A DNA stretch of 57,697 nucleotides from Bacteroidota bacterium (lineage in GTDB: Bacteria > Bacteroidota > Bacteroidia > Cytophagales > Amoebophilaceae). The stretch's first letter is position 1; each line of letters begins with the position of its first letter. The notes below the pieces were generated by a model. That model was not told where the DNA came from. It made no database searches and saw only the letters and a program-made list of their open reading frames with translations. The position numbers and the translations under genes are program-made. The stretch covers positions 1 to 57,697 of the forward strand of contig JAAGZN010000600.1 of NCBI GenBank assembly GCA_024206165.1. Reading direction: 5' to 3'. Below are positions 34,146 to 44,334 of this stretch, one piece after another.

Positions 34146-36032
34146 TTATATTCTAATATTCAAATTAGCATACGCCCTTTTATTTTCTAATTCTCCTCCA
34201 ACTTCAAAACTTCCTAAACTAAAACCATAAAATACTCCAGCTTTTAAACTATTGTCACTTAAATTATCCAAACTTATAAGTATATGAATACTTTTTGTAA
34301 TTACTTTTTTAGCATTTACTCTAAAATGATCTTGTAAACCTGCTCTTTTATCTTCTGAATTTACAACAACTTTCTTATCATAACTCCCCTTAATTTGTAT
34401 CCCGCCAAAGACTTCTTCATCAATAACATATACATTTAACTCATCTGTGCCTGGTGTAAATATATTTTTCCGATTCATATCTAACTTATTTGAATCTAAA
34501 TATTTTTCATTTTTAAAAGCATTCTCCATATCTTCATAACCTTTTTTGAAGCCTTTCCCATCTATTTTTATAAAATTTTGTTCTGTTTTTAATAATTGAT
34601 TAATTGCTGAAGCTATATTATCAGATTGCCTCCAACTTTTATCTTGTTCTTTTTTATATTTTTGAATATATGTGTTTTTATTTTTCATAAAATTATCAAA
34701 AGTCGTGCCTGTATTTCTATTTAAACTATCATTGTTATCTGTACTCTTATTTGTCTTTTGTTTATTTCCAACTAAACTATCTATCGCATTATCTACTTTA
34801 TTAAATTTCTCATCAACACTGTCTACTAAATTACTATCTAAAGATCCCTGACCTCCTATACTTCGTAAAAAAGCATTAATTGGTTTAGCAACAAATTTCA
34901 ATCCTGCTTCCATGAAATTCCAAGCTGCCATCCCTTTTTCTGCACTATAATCCCATGTATTTTTCATAAAATCCCATACCTTATTTATAATATTTTTATT
35001 TTTAATAGAATGACTTTGAGACTGACCTTTTAATGTCTTCACTGCTAATGTCAACTTATTACTACCAACATCTACCTTCATTACATTTTTTTGATCACTA
35101 TCTATAATATTTAAATTCGTTACCGCACCTTTAACAATTGCTATTAATTGTGCTCCTATTGGAAAACTACTTGTATCTTGCCCTTTAAGTAAAATTTCTC
35201 CAAAACTTGAATCTGCATCTGCTATCCATATTTCAGCACCAGTTGCTTCTAGTTTGCCACCTCGATCTACAAGTTCTCTGCCTTGTATAATAAGCTTCCC
35301 ATCTTTATCTTCACCCATCCTTAAAACTTGCATCCCTAACTTAGTTCCTGCTACATCCATTGTTAACGTATTATTTTCACTGTCATAGCTCCAGCCTTTT
35401 GCTTTTGCTAATTTCATAATCTGAGCTTGTTTTAGCTCATCCTGCATACTGACTAATTTTGATGTTAACATTGCAGGATCTTTATCATTCATTACAGGTA
35501 AACTTGCTAATATATCATTTTGCTCTTTTTTATCAAGTTTGCTGAACTGTTTAACTTTAACTCCACTTCCAAGTGAAGAAACTTTATCACTAAATACAAC
35601 CACTTCCTGATTGCCTTTTGAATCTTGTGTATGAACATATTCAAGAGCACCTGTATCTCTATTTATACTTATTTCTCTTGCTGCCCCTGTATTCATTGTT
35701 TCTTGATAGACTATTCGTGCATTTGATCCAAGCCCTAATTCTTCCATTAACTTTTTGCCTACTCCGCTCATTCCAGTTGCACTAAGCACTTCTTTAATTA
35801 CAAATTGACCTGCTGCTTGGTTTGTATATTTACCGTTTTCCAATAAATAAACTTTACCTCTTGACTTCACTCCTTCTTCTTTACTGTTATAATCATAGGT
35901 TAATAGTCTCATATCTCCATTTACTAATCTATGTTCACTAGCAAGCACTTTTGCATTACCCATCCCATCTGTTTCCATGTAAACTCGTTTCATAGATCCA
36001 TCGTTATACTCTTCTGTATAAATTTCATCCAC
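34146..36032 (-). CDS. Large hypothetical protein (628 aa), no recognisable family
   Basis: GTG start without a convincing SD. The frame is open upstream into the NRPS stop region, so it may be 5'-truncated. No signal peptide; Asn/Lys-rich middle; beta-rich C-terminus. Confidence 0.45.
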   Translation of the reverse strand: MDEIYTEEYNDGSMKRVYMETDGMGNAKVLASEHRLVNGDMRLLTYDYNSKEEGVKSRGKVYLLENGKYTNQAAGQFVIKEVLSATGMSGVGKKLMEELGLGSNARIVYQETMNTGAAREISINRDTGALEYVHTQDSKGNQEVVVFSDKVSSLGSGVKVKQFSKLDKKEQNDILASLPVMNDKDPAMLTSKLVSMQDELKQAQIMKLAKAKGWSYDSENNTLTMDVAGTKLGMQVLRMGEDKDGKLIIQGRELVDRGGKLEATGAEIWIADADSSFGEILLKGQDTSSFPIGAQLIAIVKGAVTNLNIIDSDQKNVMKVDVGSNKLTLAVKTLKGQSQSHSIKNKNIINKVWDFMKNTWDYSAEKGMAAWNFMEAGLKFVAKPINAFLRSIGGQGSLDSNLVDSVDEKFNKVDNAIDSLVGNKQKTNKSTDNNDSLNRNTGTTFDNFMKNKNTYIQKYKKEQDKSWRQSDNIASAINQLLKTEQNFIKIDGKGFKKGYEDMENAFKNEKYLDSNKLDMNRKNIFTPGTDELNVYVIDEEVFGGIQIKGSYDKKVVVNSEDKRAGLQDHFRVNAKKVITKSIHILISLDNLSDNSLKAGVFYGFSLGSFEVGGELENKRAYANLNIRI

Positions 36033-36067
36033 ATCACTTTCATTTACTTTATCAAAAACTCCTCTCT

Positions 36068-39000
36068 CTATTGCCTCAGCTTTTCTTGCTTCATACTGTT
36101 TGCTGCCTTTTCTTTATGATGACAGTCTGTTATATTCTCTTGTTTTAATACTTTGGCAATAGAGGCAATTGTTTGATATTTGAAAATATCTTGCAGCGTA
36201 AACTTTAATTTTTTTTCTTTAGCCATATAAAGAACTTGTAAGCTTCGTATAGAATCCCCACCTAATTCGAAAAAATTATCATAAATGCTTATTCGTTTTA
36301 CTTTTAAAACAGAACTCCATATATTAGCCAAAATTTTTTCAACATCAGTTTCAGGAGAAACAAAATTATTTGATACAAAAGATTCGATTTGTTGTGGAAT
36401 TGGGAAGCGATTTCGTTCTATCTTTCCATTCGTATTTAATGGAAAAGTCTCTAATACCATAAAATTTAATGGAATCATGTAATCGGGCAATTTTATTTTT
36501 AAATAACTGCGAAGTTCATTAATAGAAAAGTGATTCTGATCTAAAACAATAATATAGGCAATTAAAATATTAGTCCCTGGGATATCTTCTTTGGAAATAA
36601 CAACAACATCTTTTATAGAAGAATGATCTCGAATAACTGATTCTATCTCTCCCAACTCAACTCTAAAACCTTTTACTTTCACTTGATAATCTAATCTTCC
36701 AATAAATTCAATATTCCCATCTGGTAAAAAACGTGCTAAGTCTCCTGTTTTATATAGTTTAGAATATGGATTAAAAGGATTTTTTATAAATTTTTGTTCT
36801 GTTAATTCTGAACGATTCAAATAGCCTTTCGCTAAATTTGCTCCTCCTATATAAACTTCTCCAGGTATCCCTACAGGAAGTGGTTGAAGAAAATTATCTA
36901 GTATATATAATTGTGTATTTGCAATGGGTTTGCCTATAGGAACTGATATTAAATTAAGATTATCTTTTTTCTTACATTCCCACCAAGTGACATCTACCGC
37001 CGCTTCTGTTGGCCCATATAAATTGTATAAAGAAACATTTAATTTATCGAAAAATTTATTTTGAAGCTTATAGGTTAAAGTTTCTCCACTACATATTACT
37101 CTTTTTAACATCTTATTACACTGTTGAACTTTTTTATCTTCTAAAAAAAATTGTAACATCGAAGGAACAAAATGAATTGTAGTTATTTTATTATTAACAA
37201 TTGTACTTATCAAATAGTTCACATCTCGATGTCCTCCTGGTTTTGCTATAACTAAACATGCTCCTGATATTAATGGCCAGAAAAATTCCCAAACAGAAAC
37301 ATCAAAACTACAAGATGTTTTTTGTAAAACCCGATCACTTTGTTTTAATCTAAATGTTTCCTGCATCCACAATAAACGGTTACAAATTCCCTTATGTGTA
37401 TTCATAACTCCTTTTGGCTTTCCTGTTGAACCTGAAGTATAAATTACATATGCTGCATTTTCCGCCATGTTATCATCATAATCTGGATTCACACAACTAT
37501 ATTGTTTAATATGTACATTATTATCAATATTTATAATTTTTCCTTTATATTCCGGAAGCTTATGTATTAAATCATTATTTGTAATCAATATAGAAATATT
37601 TGCATCATTTAATAAAAAATCAATCCTTTCTGCTGGATATTCTGTATCTAAAGGTAAATAAGCACATCCTGATTTTAGAATCCCTAACAAAGTTACAACC
37701 ATTTCTATTGAACGGTCTAGAAAAACACCAACAATCGAATCAACTCTCCCTACTAAATCTTTTAAATAATGTGCTAATTGATTAGACTTATAATTTAATT
37801 CTTGATAAGTTAAATGAGCATGATCTTTACCTTCAAAAGCACCTATTGTTGCTATAATATTTGGTGTTCTATTAACTTGTTCCTGAAATAAACCATGTAA
37901 GGTTTTCTTAGATGGATATGAAGAAAAGGTATCATTCCATTTAAGTAATATCTTATCGCTTTCTTTTTTAGATAAAATTGGAATATCCGATATTTTAGAC
38001 TCACTATGAGTAACTATATTTTCAAGCAAAGTATTAAAATTAGTAAGCATATTTTTAATCGTTGTTTTTTCAAAAATATCCGTATTATATTCTAGCAATA
38101 TTTTAAAACTGTCAATGTCTTCTTCAATAAATAATGTTAGATCGAATTTAGATTTGTCATAATCAACTAAAAAGTAGTTAAATTCTATATCAATTACTTT
38201 TGATGTTTCTCTTTGAATAGGTTCATGAGCAACTAAGACTTGAAAAATCGGATTATGTTTTAAATTTCGATTTATCTTTAATGATTTTACTATTTTAGAA
38301 AAAGGAACATCACTATGTAGCAATGCTTTTAAGAATTTATCTCGGTTTCTTAACAGCAAATTTTTAAAACTTGGATTATCAGAAAAATTAGTACGTAAAG
38401 GAACTGTATTTACAAAGTATCCGATTGATTTATCAGTTTCATATCTTCTGTTAGCAGAAAGAAAACCTATTACACTATCTTTTTGGCCTGTATATCGATA
38501 AATTAATACTTGAAAGGCTGTCAGCAAGATTTGAAATATTGTTGTATGTTCTGCACGAGCCATATTTTTTAATTCATAACATAATTTTTTTTTGGGTTTA
38601 TAAACTTCAATTTTCCCGTTAAATGATTGCTCATTAGGTCTTACTCTGTCCAATGGCAATTTCATTACTTCTTCTATTGAGTCCAGTTCCTTCTTCCAAT
38701 ACTCTAATTGATAAGACAATAATTCTTTGTTTATAATTTTATTTTGCCATATTGCAAAATCTTTATATTGTATAATATTGCCTTTTTCAATTATATGCTC
38801 TTTGTTTTGATGATATTTTTCATAAATGCTTAATAAGTTTTTCATTAAAACACCCATTGACCAAGCATCTGCAATAATATGATGAATAGTAATTTGTAAA
38901 ATATATTCAGTATCATTTAATATCCATAATTTTGGTCTAAATAACAACCCATTAGAAAAATTAAATGGTTTTTTAGCTTCAATTTGAGCTAATTTTAAAG

Positions 39001-39505
39001 CCGTAGATTTTCTTTCATTTACATCTAAGTAGGTTAAATCTTCTTTTAATAAGATTATTTTTTTTCCTTCTAATACTTTTTGATAAACTTCACCATCATT
39101 ATATTCAAATATTGTTCTTAAACTATCATGCCATGTTACTAATTTATTTAAACTATCCTCCAGCATCTTAATATCTATAACACCTTTGATATGAATTGCT
39201 CCAGGTATATTGTAAAGAGATGAATGTTTATGTAATTCACTGAAAAACCATAATTGTTTTTGATTAATAGACAATTTTGTTTTATTCGTTTTTTCTTTAT
39301 TTGGGATGATAGCAGGAAGCTGTAATGTTTTATTTATATTGTTTTTTAGGATTTCAATTATTTCTTTTTTATACACTCTTAGTTGGGTTAGTAATTTCTC
39401 GGTCATTACATTTGATGGAGCATCATAACATAACTGCTCATCATCAATCCATGTCTTCACATCTAAATTTTTAAGTTTTAATAGTAGCTGCTCTACCTTA
39501 TTCAT
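36068..39505 (-). CDS. Non-ribosomal peptide synthetase: TubC-type N-terminal docking domain, then C-A-T
   Basis: N-terminus VEQLLLKLKNLDVKTWIDDEQLCYDAP...LRVYKKEIIEIL (docking). C domain HHIIADAWS. A domain LTYQELN, YTSGSTGKPKGV, SFDVSVWE, NLYGPTE, GELGEIE, NGKIER. T domain FFELGGDSIRSL. Confidence 0.9.
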   Translation of the reverse strand: MNKVEQLLLKLKNLDVKTWIDDEQLCYDAPSNVMTEKLLTQLRVYKKEIIEILKNNINKTLQLPAIIPNKEKTNKTKLSINQKQLWFFSELHKHSSLYNIPGAIHIKGVIDIKMLEDSLNKLVTWHDSLRTIFEYNDGEVYQKVLEGKKIILLKEDLTYLDVNERKSTALKLAQIEAKKPFNFSNGLLFRPKLWILNDTEYILQITIHHIIADAWSMGVLMKNLLSIYEKYHQNKEHIIEKGNIIQYKDFAIWQNKIINKELLSYQLEYWKKELDSIEEVMKLPLDRVRPNEQSFNGKIEVYKPKKKLCYELKNMARAEHTTIFQILLTAFQVLIYRYTGQKDSVIGFLSANRRYETDKSIGYFVNTVPLRTNFSDNPSFKNLLLRNRDKFLKALLHSDVPFSKIVKSLKINRNLKHNPIFQVLVAHEPIQRETSKVIDIEFNYFLVDYDKSKFDLTLFIEEDIDSFKILLEYNTDIFEKTTIKNMLTNFNTLLENIVTHSESKISDIPILSKKESDKILLKWNDTFSSYPSKKTLHGLFQEQVNRTPNIIATIGAFEGKDHAHLTYQELNYKSNQLAHYLKDLVGRVDSIVGVFLDRSIEMVVTLLGILKSGCAYLPLDTEYPAERIDFLLNDANISILITNNDLIHKLPEYKGKIINIDNNVHIKQYSCVNPDYDDNMAENAAYVIYTSGSTGKPKGVMNTHKGICNRLLWMQETFRLKQSDRVLQKTSCSFDVSVWEFFWPLISGACLVIAKPGGHRDVNYLISTIVNNKITTIHFVPSMLQFFLEDKKVQQCNKMLKRVICSGETLTYKLQNKFFDKLNVSLYNLYGPTEAAVDVTWWECKKKDNLNLISVPIGKPIANTQLYILDNFLQPLPVGIPGEVYIGGANLAKGYLNRSELTEQKFIKNPFNPYSKLYKTGDLARFLPDGNIEFIGRLDYQVKVKGFRVELGEIESVIRDHSSIKDVVVISKEDIPGTNILIAYIIVLDQNHFSINELRSYLKIKLPDYMIPLNFMVLETFPLNTNGKIERNRFPIPQQIESFVSNNFVSPETDVEKILANIWSSVLKVKRISIYDNFFELGGDSIRSLQVLYMAKEKKLKFTLQDIFKYQTIASIAKVLKQENITDCHHKEKAANSMKQEKLRQ

Positions 39506-41388
39506 ATTTTCCCCTGCTCACGCTTAATAAATATCCCTTTCTCATCATTACTATTATTCTGTAAATATTCAGCAAGACTAGCTATTGTAGGATATTCAAA
39601 TAATAAAGAAGCTGAAAAATTTATATTAAACTTATTGTAAATTTTTACAATCATTTGAAATCCTAATAATGAATTTCCGCCTAATTCAAAATAATCATCA
39701 AATATTCCTATTTCTGTAATCTTTAATATTTCACTCCATATTTTTAGTAATTCTTTTTCATAATAATTACGCGGATGTGCCAAGTTTGTTTTTCCTCGAT
39801 TTATCAAATTGGGATTAAAATCTGGTAAATTAATTCTATTAACTTTGCCATTCGGAGTTAACGGTAAAGCTTTTAATAAAACAAAATGTGTTGGTACCAT
39901 ATAAGTTGGTAATTTTTTACTAATTGTTTTTCTTACTTTAGTAGGATCTAATTTAGATTTCTCTGTTTTTACCAAATAAGCAACTAAATATTTTTTATTT
40001 TCAAATTCTTTAGCAATAACAACTGATTCCTGTATTTTGGGATGTTCATTAATAGTCAATTCAATTTCCTTAGGGTCTATTCTAATACCATGTAACTTAA
40101 TTTGATGATCACTTCTTCCAATATATTCAATATATCCATTAGGGTTATATCGGCAAATGTCCCCACTTTTAAACAATGTTACACTTTTTTTTCTTAATGA
40201 TTTCGAGTGAAAAGAATTTTTAATAATAATCTCACGAGTAAGACTTGGTTGATTTAAATATCCTGAAGTAATATGGGAACCACTAATATATAAAAAACCT
40301 TTTTCGCCTTTTTCTACAGGATTCATATTTTCATCTAGGATATAAATATCCATTCCGCTTATTGCTGACCCTATCGGTATTACTTTAACTCCATTATTGT
40401 TAAATACCGGAATTTTGTAGATACTTACTATTCCACAGGTTTCACTTAACCCATACATATTAATATATGTAATATTTTGTTTAAATAGATTCCTCCATTC
40501 TTGTATTATGTTAGATAATAATGCCTCACTCGCAGAAAGAATAAGCCTTAAATCATTATTTAATAAAAAACTTTGTTCATCTGTCTTTAAGCCTTTTAAT
40601 AAATTTATACAACTCCTCATATGTGAAGGCACTAAATCTATTATTGTTACTTTTTGTGATTTAATAACTTTAAACATTAAAAGAGGATTAAACTTTTCCT
40701 CCTGAGTAGCCATAATTATCGTACTACCATGTACAAGAGGTACCATGAGCTGCCTGTTAGATGAGCTAAATGCAATTGATGCTGTATGTAAATAAATATC
40801 TTGATTCGTAATGCCTAATTTTTTACTTAAAGATTTTATGTAATTACATATATTTTTGTGAGAAATCATGACTCCTTTTGGTTGACCTGTTGTCCCTGAT
40901 GTATAAACTACACAAGCTAAATCATTTAGGCATATATGTTTATTATCCTTAATTTTTTCTTTTTCTGATTTTTCAAATTCACTGGAATCAAGATAGATTA
41001 TCTTAACATTATTTTTAAATACAATTTCTGGTAAACTATTAGTGTATTTCTTTTGAGTTATCAGTACTTTCAATTTACTATCTTTCAATAAAAATTCTAT
41101 CCGTTCTTTAGGATATTTTGGATCTAATGGAATATATGCCGAACCCGATTTTAATATACCTAAAATACCTATTACAGTTTCTAATGAACGATCAGTATAT
41201 ACACCTATTAAATTATTATCTTTTTGACTTAATGATAATAAATAGTTTGCAAGTTTATTTGCTTCTGAATCTAACTGTCTATAAGTTAAATAATTGGGAC
41301 CTATCACAATAGCTTTTTTATTGGGAAATCTATCTACCTGAGATTCAATAAGTTTGTGAAGACATCCATTATTTTCTTGTTTTTTCAT
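39502..41388 (-). CDS. Non-ribosomal peptide synthetase A-T didomain with a non-canonical A4 region
   Basis: YTSGTTGQPKGV, NMYGLSE, GDICRY, NGKVNR; T domain YFELGGNSLLGF. The A4 region reads ASIAFSSSNRQ where FDxS is expected. 4-nt overlap with the downstream NRPS gene. Confidence 0.85.
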   Translation of the reverse strand: MKKQENNGCLHKLIESQVDRFPNKKAIVIGPNYLTYRQLDSEANKLANYLLSLSQKDNNLIGVYTDRSLETVIGILGILKSGSAYIPLDPKYPKERIEFLLKDSKLKVLITQKKYTNSLPEIVFKNNVKIIYLDSSEFEKSEKEKIKDNKHICLNDLACVVYTSGTTGQPKGVMISHKNICNYIKSLSKKLGITNQDIYLHTASIAFSSSNRQLMVPLVHGSTIIMATQEEKFNPLLMFKVIKSQKVTIIDLVPSHMRSCINLLKGLKTDEQSFLLNNDLRLILSASEALLSNIIQEWRNLFKQNITYINMYGLSETCGIVSIYKIPVFNNNGVKVIPIGSAISGMDIYILDENMNPVEKGEKGFLYISGSHITSGYLNQPSLTREIIIKNSFHSKSLRKKSVTLFKSGDICRYNPNGYIEYIGRSDHQIKLHGIRIDPKEIELTINEHPKIQESVVIAKEFENKKYLVAYLVKTEKSKLDPTKVRKTISKKLPTYMVPTHFVLLKALPLTPNGKVNRINLPDFNPNLINRGKTNLAHPRNYYEKELLKIWSEILKITEIGIFDDYFELGGNSLLGFQMIVKIYNKFNINFSASLLFEYPTIASLAEYLQNNSNDEKGIFIKREQGKI

Positions 41389-41391
41389 ATA

Positions 41392-42468
41392 TTAATTACT
41401 CCAGCTATCTTTAATTACCCTTAGCCAATTCTTATAAGCTATTTTTTCTAACTCTTCATTAGAATATCCATTTTTCTTAAGCATATTTATTAAGCCCTGT
41501 AGTTTTGATACATCTTTTAATTTATTTGGCATTTGTCCTCCATCAAAATCTGACCCCAAACAAACATGGTCTATCCCTATTTTATTCACGATGTAATCTA
41601 TATGTCTTAAAATAATATCAAGCGATGTATTTGTCATAAATTGAGCATCTGGTCTAGTATTAAGCACATCGAAAATAATACCAACAACTCCATTTGTCCT
41701 TTTAATAGCACTTATTTGTGAATCAATTAAATTCGTTGCCGTGTTACAAATAGAATGAACCCCTGCATGAGATACAACTAAAGGAGCTTTAGATATAGAT
41801 GCAACATCAAAAAATCCCTTCTTATTAATATGTGCTAAATCAACAATAATTCCTAATTCATTACATTTTCTAACCAGATTTTTTCCTGCATTAGTTAATC
41901 CTGTCCCAATATCTGGATGAGAAGGATATTTAAAAGGAACCCCACAACCAAAAACATTAGCTCTACTCCACACAAGCCCTAAAGACCTTAATCCTTTTTC
42001 ATAGTAATATTCTAAATTCGATAAATCTTCTTTAATTATCTCTGCTCCTTCAAAGTGAAGTATAATTGAAAAAATATCTTTTTCTATACATTCTTCAAGA
42101 TTCTTATAATTAGTTACGATACTTATGTCTTTTGATTGCTTTACATAACTCAAAAAAGAATTAAACACTTCATCTGTAAACTGTTCTGCGTAATGCTGCT
42201 TTAAAGGGGAAGGATAAAGCACTTCCCATCCTTTATCTACAATCTTTAATCCATATCCAAACTGTCTTTTTCCCTTATCTTCAGGTAGTACTGAAATTGC
42301 AAAAAAAGCTCCTATTAGCCCCCCTTTTTTAGCTCTAGGAAAATCAACATGTCCTTGTTTAGTTTCTTTTAAAAAAGGCCTTCTTTTAAAATATACATTA
42401 TTTATTGTATCGTTATGTCCATCTATAATGGGAATTATCATTCTTTCCATCCTACCGCTTCGCACCAT
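41392..42468 (-). CDS. Membrane dipeptidase (peptidase M19, renal dipeptidase family)
   Basis: 358 aa; IIDGHNDT, HFEGAE, VDLAHINKKGFFD, VVSHAGVHS, LGSDFDGG (zinc ligand positions of M19). Confidence 0.8.
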   Translation of the reverse strand: MVRSGRMERMIIPIIDGHNDTINNVYFKRRPFLKETKQGHVDFPRAKKGGLIGAFFAISVLPEDKGKRQFGYGLKIVDKGWEVLYPSPLKQHYAEQFTDEVFNSFLSYVKQSKDISIVTNYKNLEECIEKDIFSIILHFEGAEIIKEDLSNLEYYYEKGLRSLGLVWSRANVFGCGVPFKYPSHPDIGTGLTNAGKNLVRKCNELGIIVDLAHINKKGFFDVASISKAPLVVSHAGVHSICNTATNLIDSQISAIKRTNGVVGIIFDVLNTRPDAQFMTNTSLDIILRHIDYIVNKIGIDHVCLGSDFDGGQMPNKLKDVSKLQGLINMLKKNGYSNEELEKIAYKNWLRVIKDSWSN

Positions 42469-43253
42469 ATTATAGAGTCAAATGCATCTGGATTCCTCCC
42501 CCAGTTTTTGCAATCAACACTTAATTTTTTCATCTCATCAATTGTAGCCCAATTCATTTTAACTGCTGTTTCTGTCATATATGTAATGAGCTCTGCTGCC
42601 AAGTCGCCTCTTTTTTGGGTTTCCTCTAAAATTCCATCATATTCGCAACTTGAGGAAGCTTCAACATTTATGAATCCCGCTTTCCGCAATAATTCACGGT
42701 GTTGTCTCCCTACTTTTGGGTTCCCTCCATAATGTTTCATAGATTTTTTAATAAGCTCTATTACTTTATTCATCGAAGAATTATGCGGTGATAAAATAAG
42801 ACTTCCCTGGTCATCATCACGCAATCCAACAACGCCTCTAGGCTTCAAAACTCTTTTAATTTCTTTCAAAGCATTTAAAGGATGTTTTAAATGCTGCATT
42901 AATGCATGAGAAAATACTGCATCAAAAGAATTATCAGAAAAAGGCAATTCATAAATATTAGCAACTTGAAATTGTATATTAGAAATATTTTGGTCAAGTG
43001 CATGTTTTTTTGCCTTTTCTATTTGGGTAACTTCTATATCAATTCCTGTGACTTTCCCTTCTGAAACTATCTTAGCTAAACCTACAGTAATCGTTCCTGG
43101 ACCACATCCACAATCCAATAAATTCATTTTTGAATGCAAATGAGGAGTAAAAAATATTGCTTCTCTGTTCACTTTTCGTCTTTGATATGATTGAATTAAT
43201 TTTTTACTATATCCTGGACTATATTTTTCACATTCTTTTTTTTTCTCTTTCAT
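42438..43253 (-). CDS. Class I SAM-dependent methyltransferase
   Basis: 271 aa; LLDCGCGPGTITVGLA motif I, GIDIE post-I, AVFSHALMQHL. Confidence 0.8.
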   Translation of the reverse strand: MKEKKKECEKYSPGYSKKLIQSYQRRKVNREAIFFTPHLHSKMNLLDCGCGPGTITVGLAKIVSEGKVTGIDIEVTQIEKAKKHALDQNISNIQFQVANIYELPFSDNSFDAVFSHALMQHLKHPLNALKEIKRVLKPRGVVGLRDDDQGSLILSPHNSSMNKVIELIKKSMKHYGGNPKVGRQHRELLRKAGFINVEASSSCEYDGILEETQKRGDLAAELITYMTETAVKMNWATIDEMKKLSVDCKNWGRNPDAFDSIIWCEAVGWKE

Positions 43254-43278
43254 AAAATTATCCTCCTCAATTTTTATT

Positions 43279-44334
43279 TTAAAAAGATTTTTCAGGTTGA
43301 AATCCTTCTATCCTTATTCCTTTATTTTTTTTTATTCCTAATTTATATACAAAACTAGCAACAGCTATATCTAATATCCCTAGACCGAATGGACTAAAAA
43401 CAGTAACTTTATCACTAAAATTTTTTGGCGAAATCTTATTTAAAAGAATATCACTTAATGTACATCGAATAAAATCTCTATTCCCTACAAGTTGCTCTGT
43501 TAAATGAATTGAAGTTCCTGCACGACATACATGATCTATATCATCAACAATATTATCACAATTCATAATAACATCAGGGCTTAAATCTCTTAAAGATATA
43601 TTTAATATTAAAGAACCTTTCAAACATTGAGAAATATCAAAAATATATGGGACAGATACTGTGGTTGCAAGTGATATAACAGAAGAGTGCATAAAAATTC
43701 TATTTATATCTTTTACAATCTCAATTTCTATCGTATTAAATTTATTATTACATTTTTCTTTAAAATAATTTGCTTTATCAATATTTACATCAAATATATA
43801 TATTTTTTTTAAAGATGGATTTGAATAAGAAATAAATTTAAGTATTTCAAAGTTAATTAATCCGCATCCAATCAGTCCGATTGAAAAAATTTTATTATCT
43901 TTTTGTAAACATCTAATTGCTAAACTAGCACTGGCCGCTGTTCTTTTTGAACTAATTATAGAACTTTCTAATATAGCTTTAACTCTTCCTGTTTTTAATG
44001 AATTGAGCATCATAATAGCAGACGCTCTATCTAACCCTATCTTTACATTTTCTGGAAATGAAGATATCCATTTAATCCCTGCTACATTAAATCCATCATT
44101 TAAGTATGCTGGCAAAGCTATTATTCTATTTTTATCATCATTACGAAATTTTAAAAATGTAGAATGAGGTAATGAATAAATATTTTTTGCATAAACTTCA
44201 TATGCTTTTTGAACTATATTTATTAGTTCATCTTCTTTAAATTTAAGTAAAGACCGAATCTCTTCTCCATTTAACATTAATATATCGTTTTTCATTTTAA
44301 ATCTCACAATTCTATAAAATTGACACATTGTCAA
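43279..44334 (-). CDS. sbnB: Ornithine cyclodeaminase / mu-crystallin family dehydrogenase, SbnB-like
   Basis: 351 aa; OCD-family layout with Rossmann IGLIGCGLINFE. Immediately downstream of an SbnA-like PLP enzyme, the diagnostic pairing. The likely start is MKNDILML (44295). Confidence 0.65.
   Translation of the reverse strand: MTMCQFYRIVRFKMKNDILMLNGEEIRSLLKFKEDELINIVQKAYEVYAKNIYSLPHSTFLKFRNDDKNRIIALPAYLNDGFNVAGIKWISSFPENVKIGLDRASAIMMLNSLKTGRVKAILESSIISSKRTAASASLAIRCLQKDNKIFSIGLIGCGLINFEILKFISYSNPSLKKIYIFDVNIDKANYFKEKCNNKFNTIEIEIVKDINRIFMHSSVISLATTVSVPYIFDISQCLKGSLILNISLRDLSPDVIMNCDNIVDDIDHVCRAGTSIHLTEQLVGNRDFIRCTLSDILLNKISPKNFSDKVTVFSPFGLGILDIAVASFVYKLGIKKNKGIRIEGFQPEKSF

Noticed and set aside
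34146-36032. Calling the 628-aa protein an outer-membrane beta-barrel or a YD/RHS-repeat toxin fragment.
   Set aside because: The only hints are a beta-rich C-terminus not ending in an aromatic residue and one TYDYNS-like string. There is no signal peptide and no repeated YD pattern I could verify.
36068-39505. Predicting the amino acid loaded by the second A domain from its specificity code (starts D-V-W, reminiscent of Ser-type codes).
   Set aside because: I could not place positions 278-331 reliably by eye, so any substrate call would be guesswork without a profile alignment.
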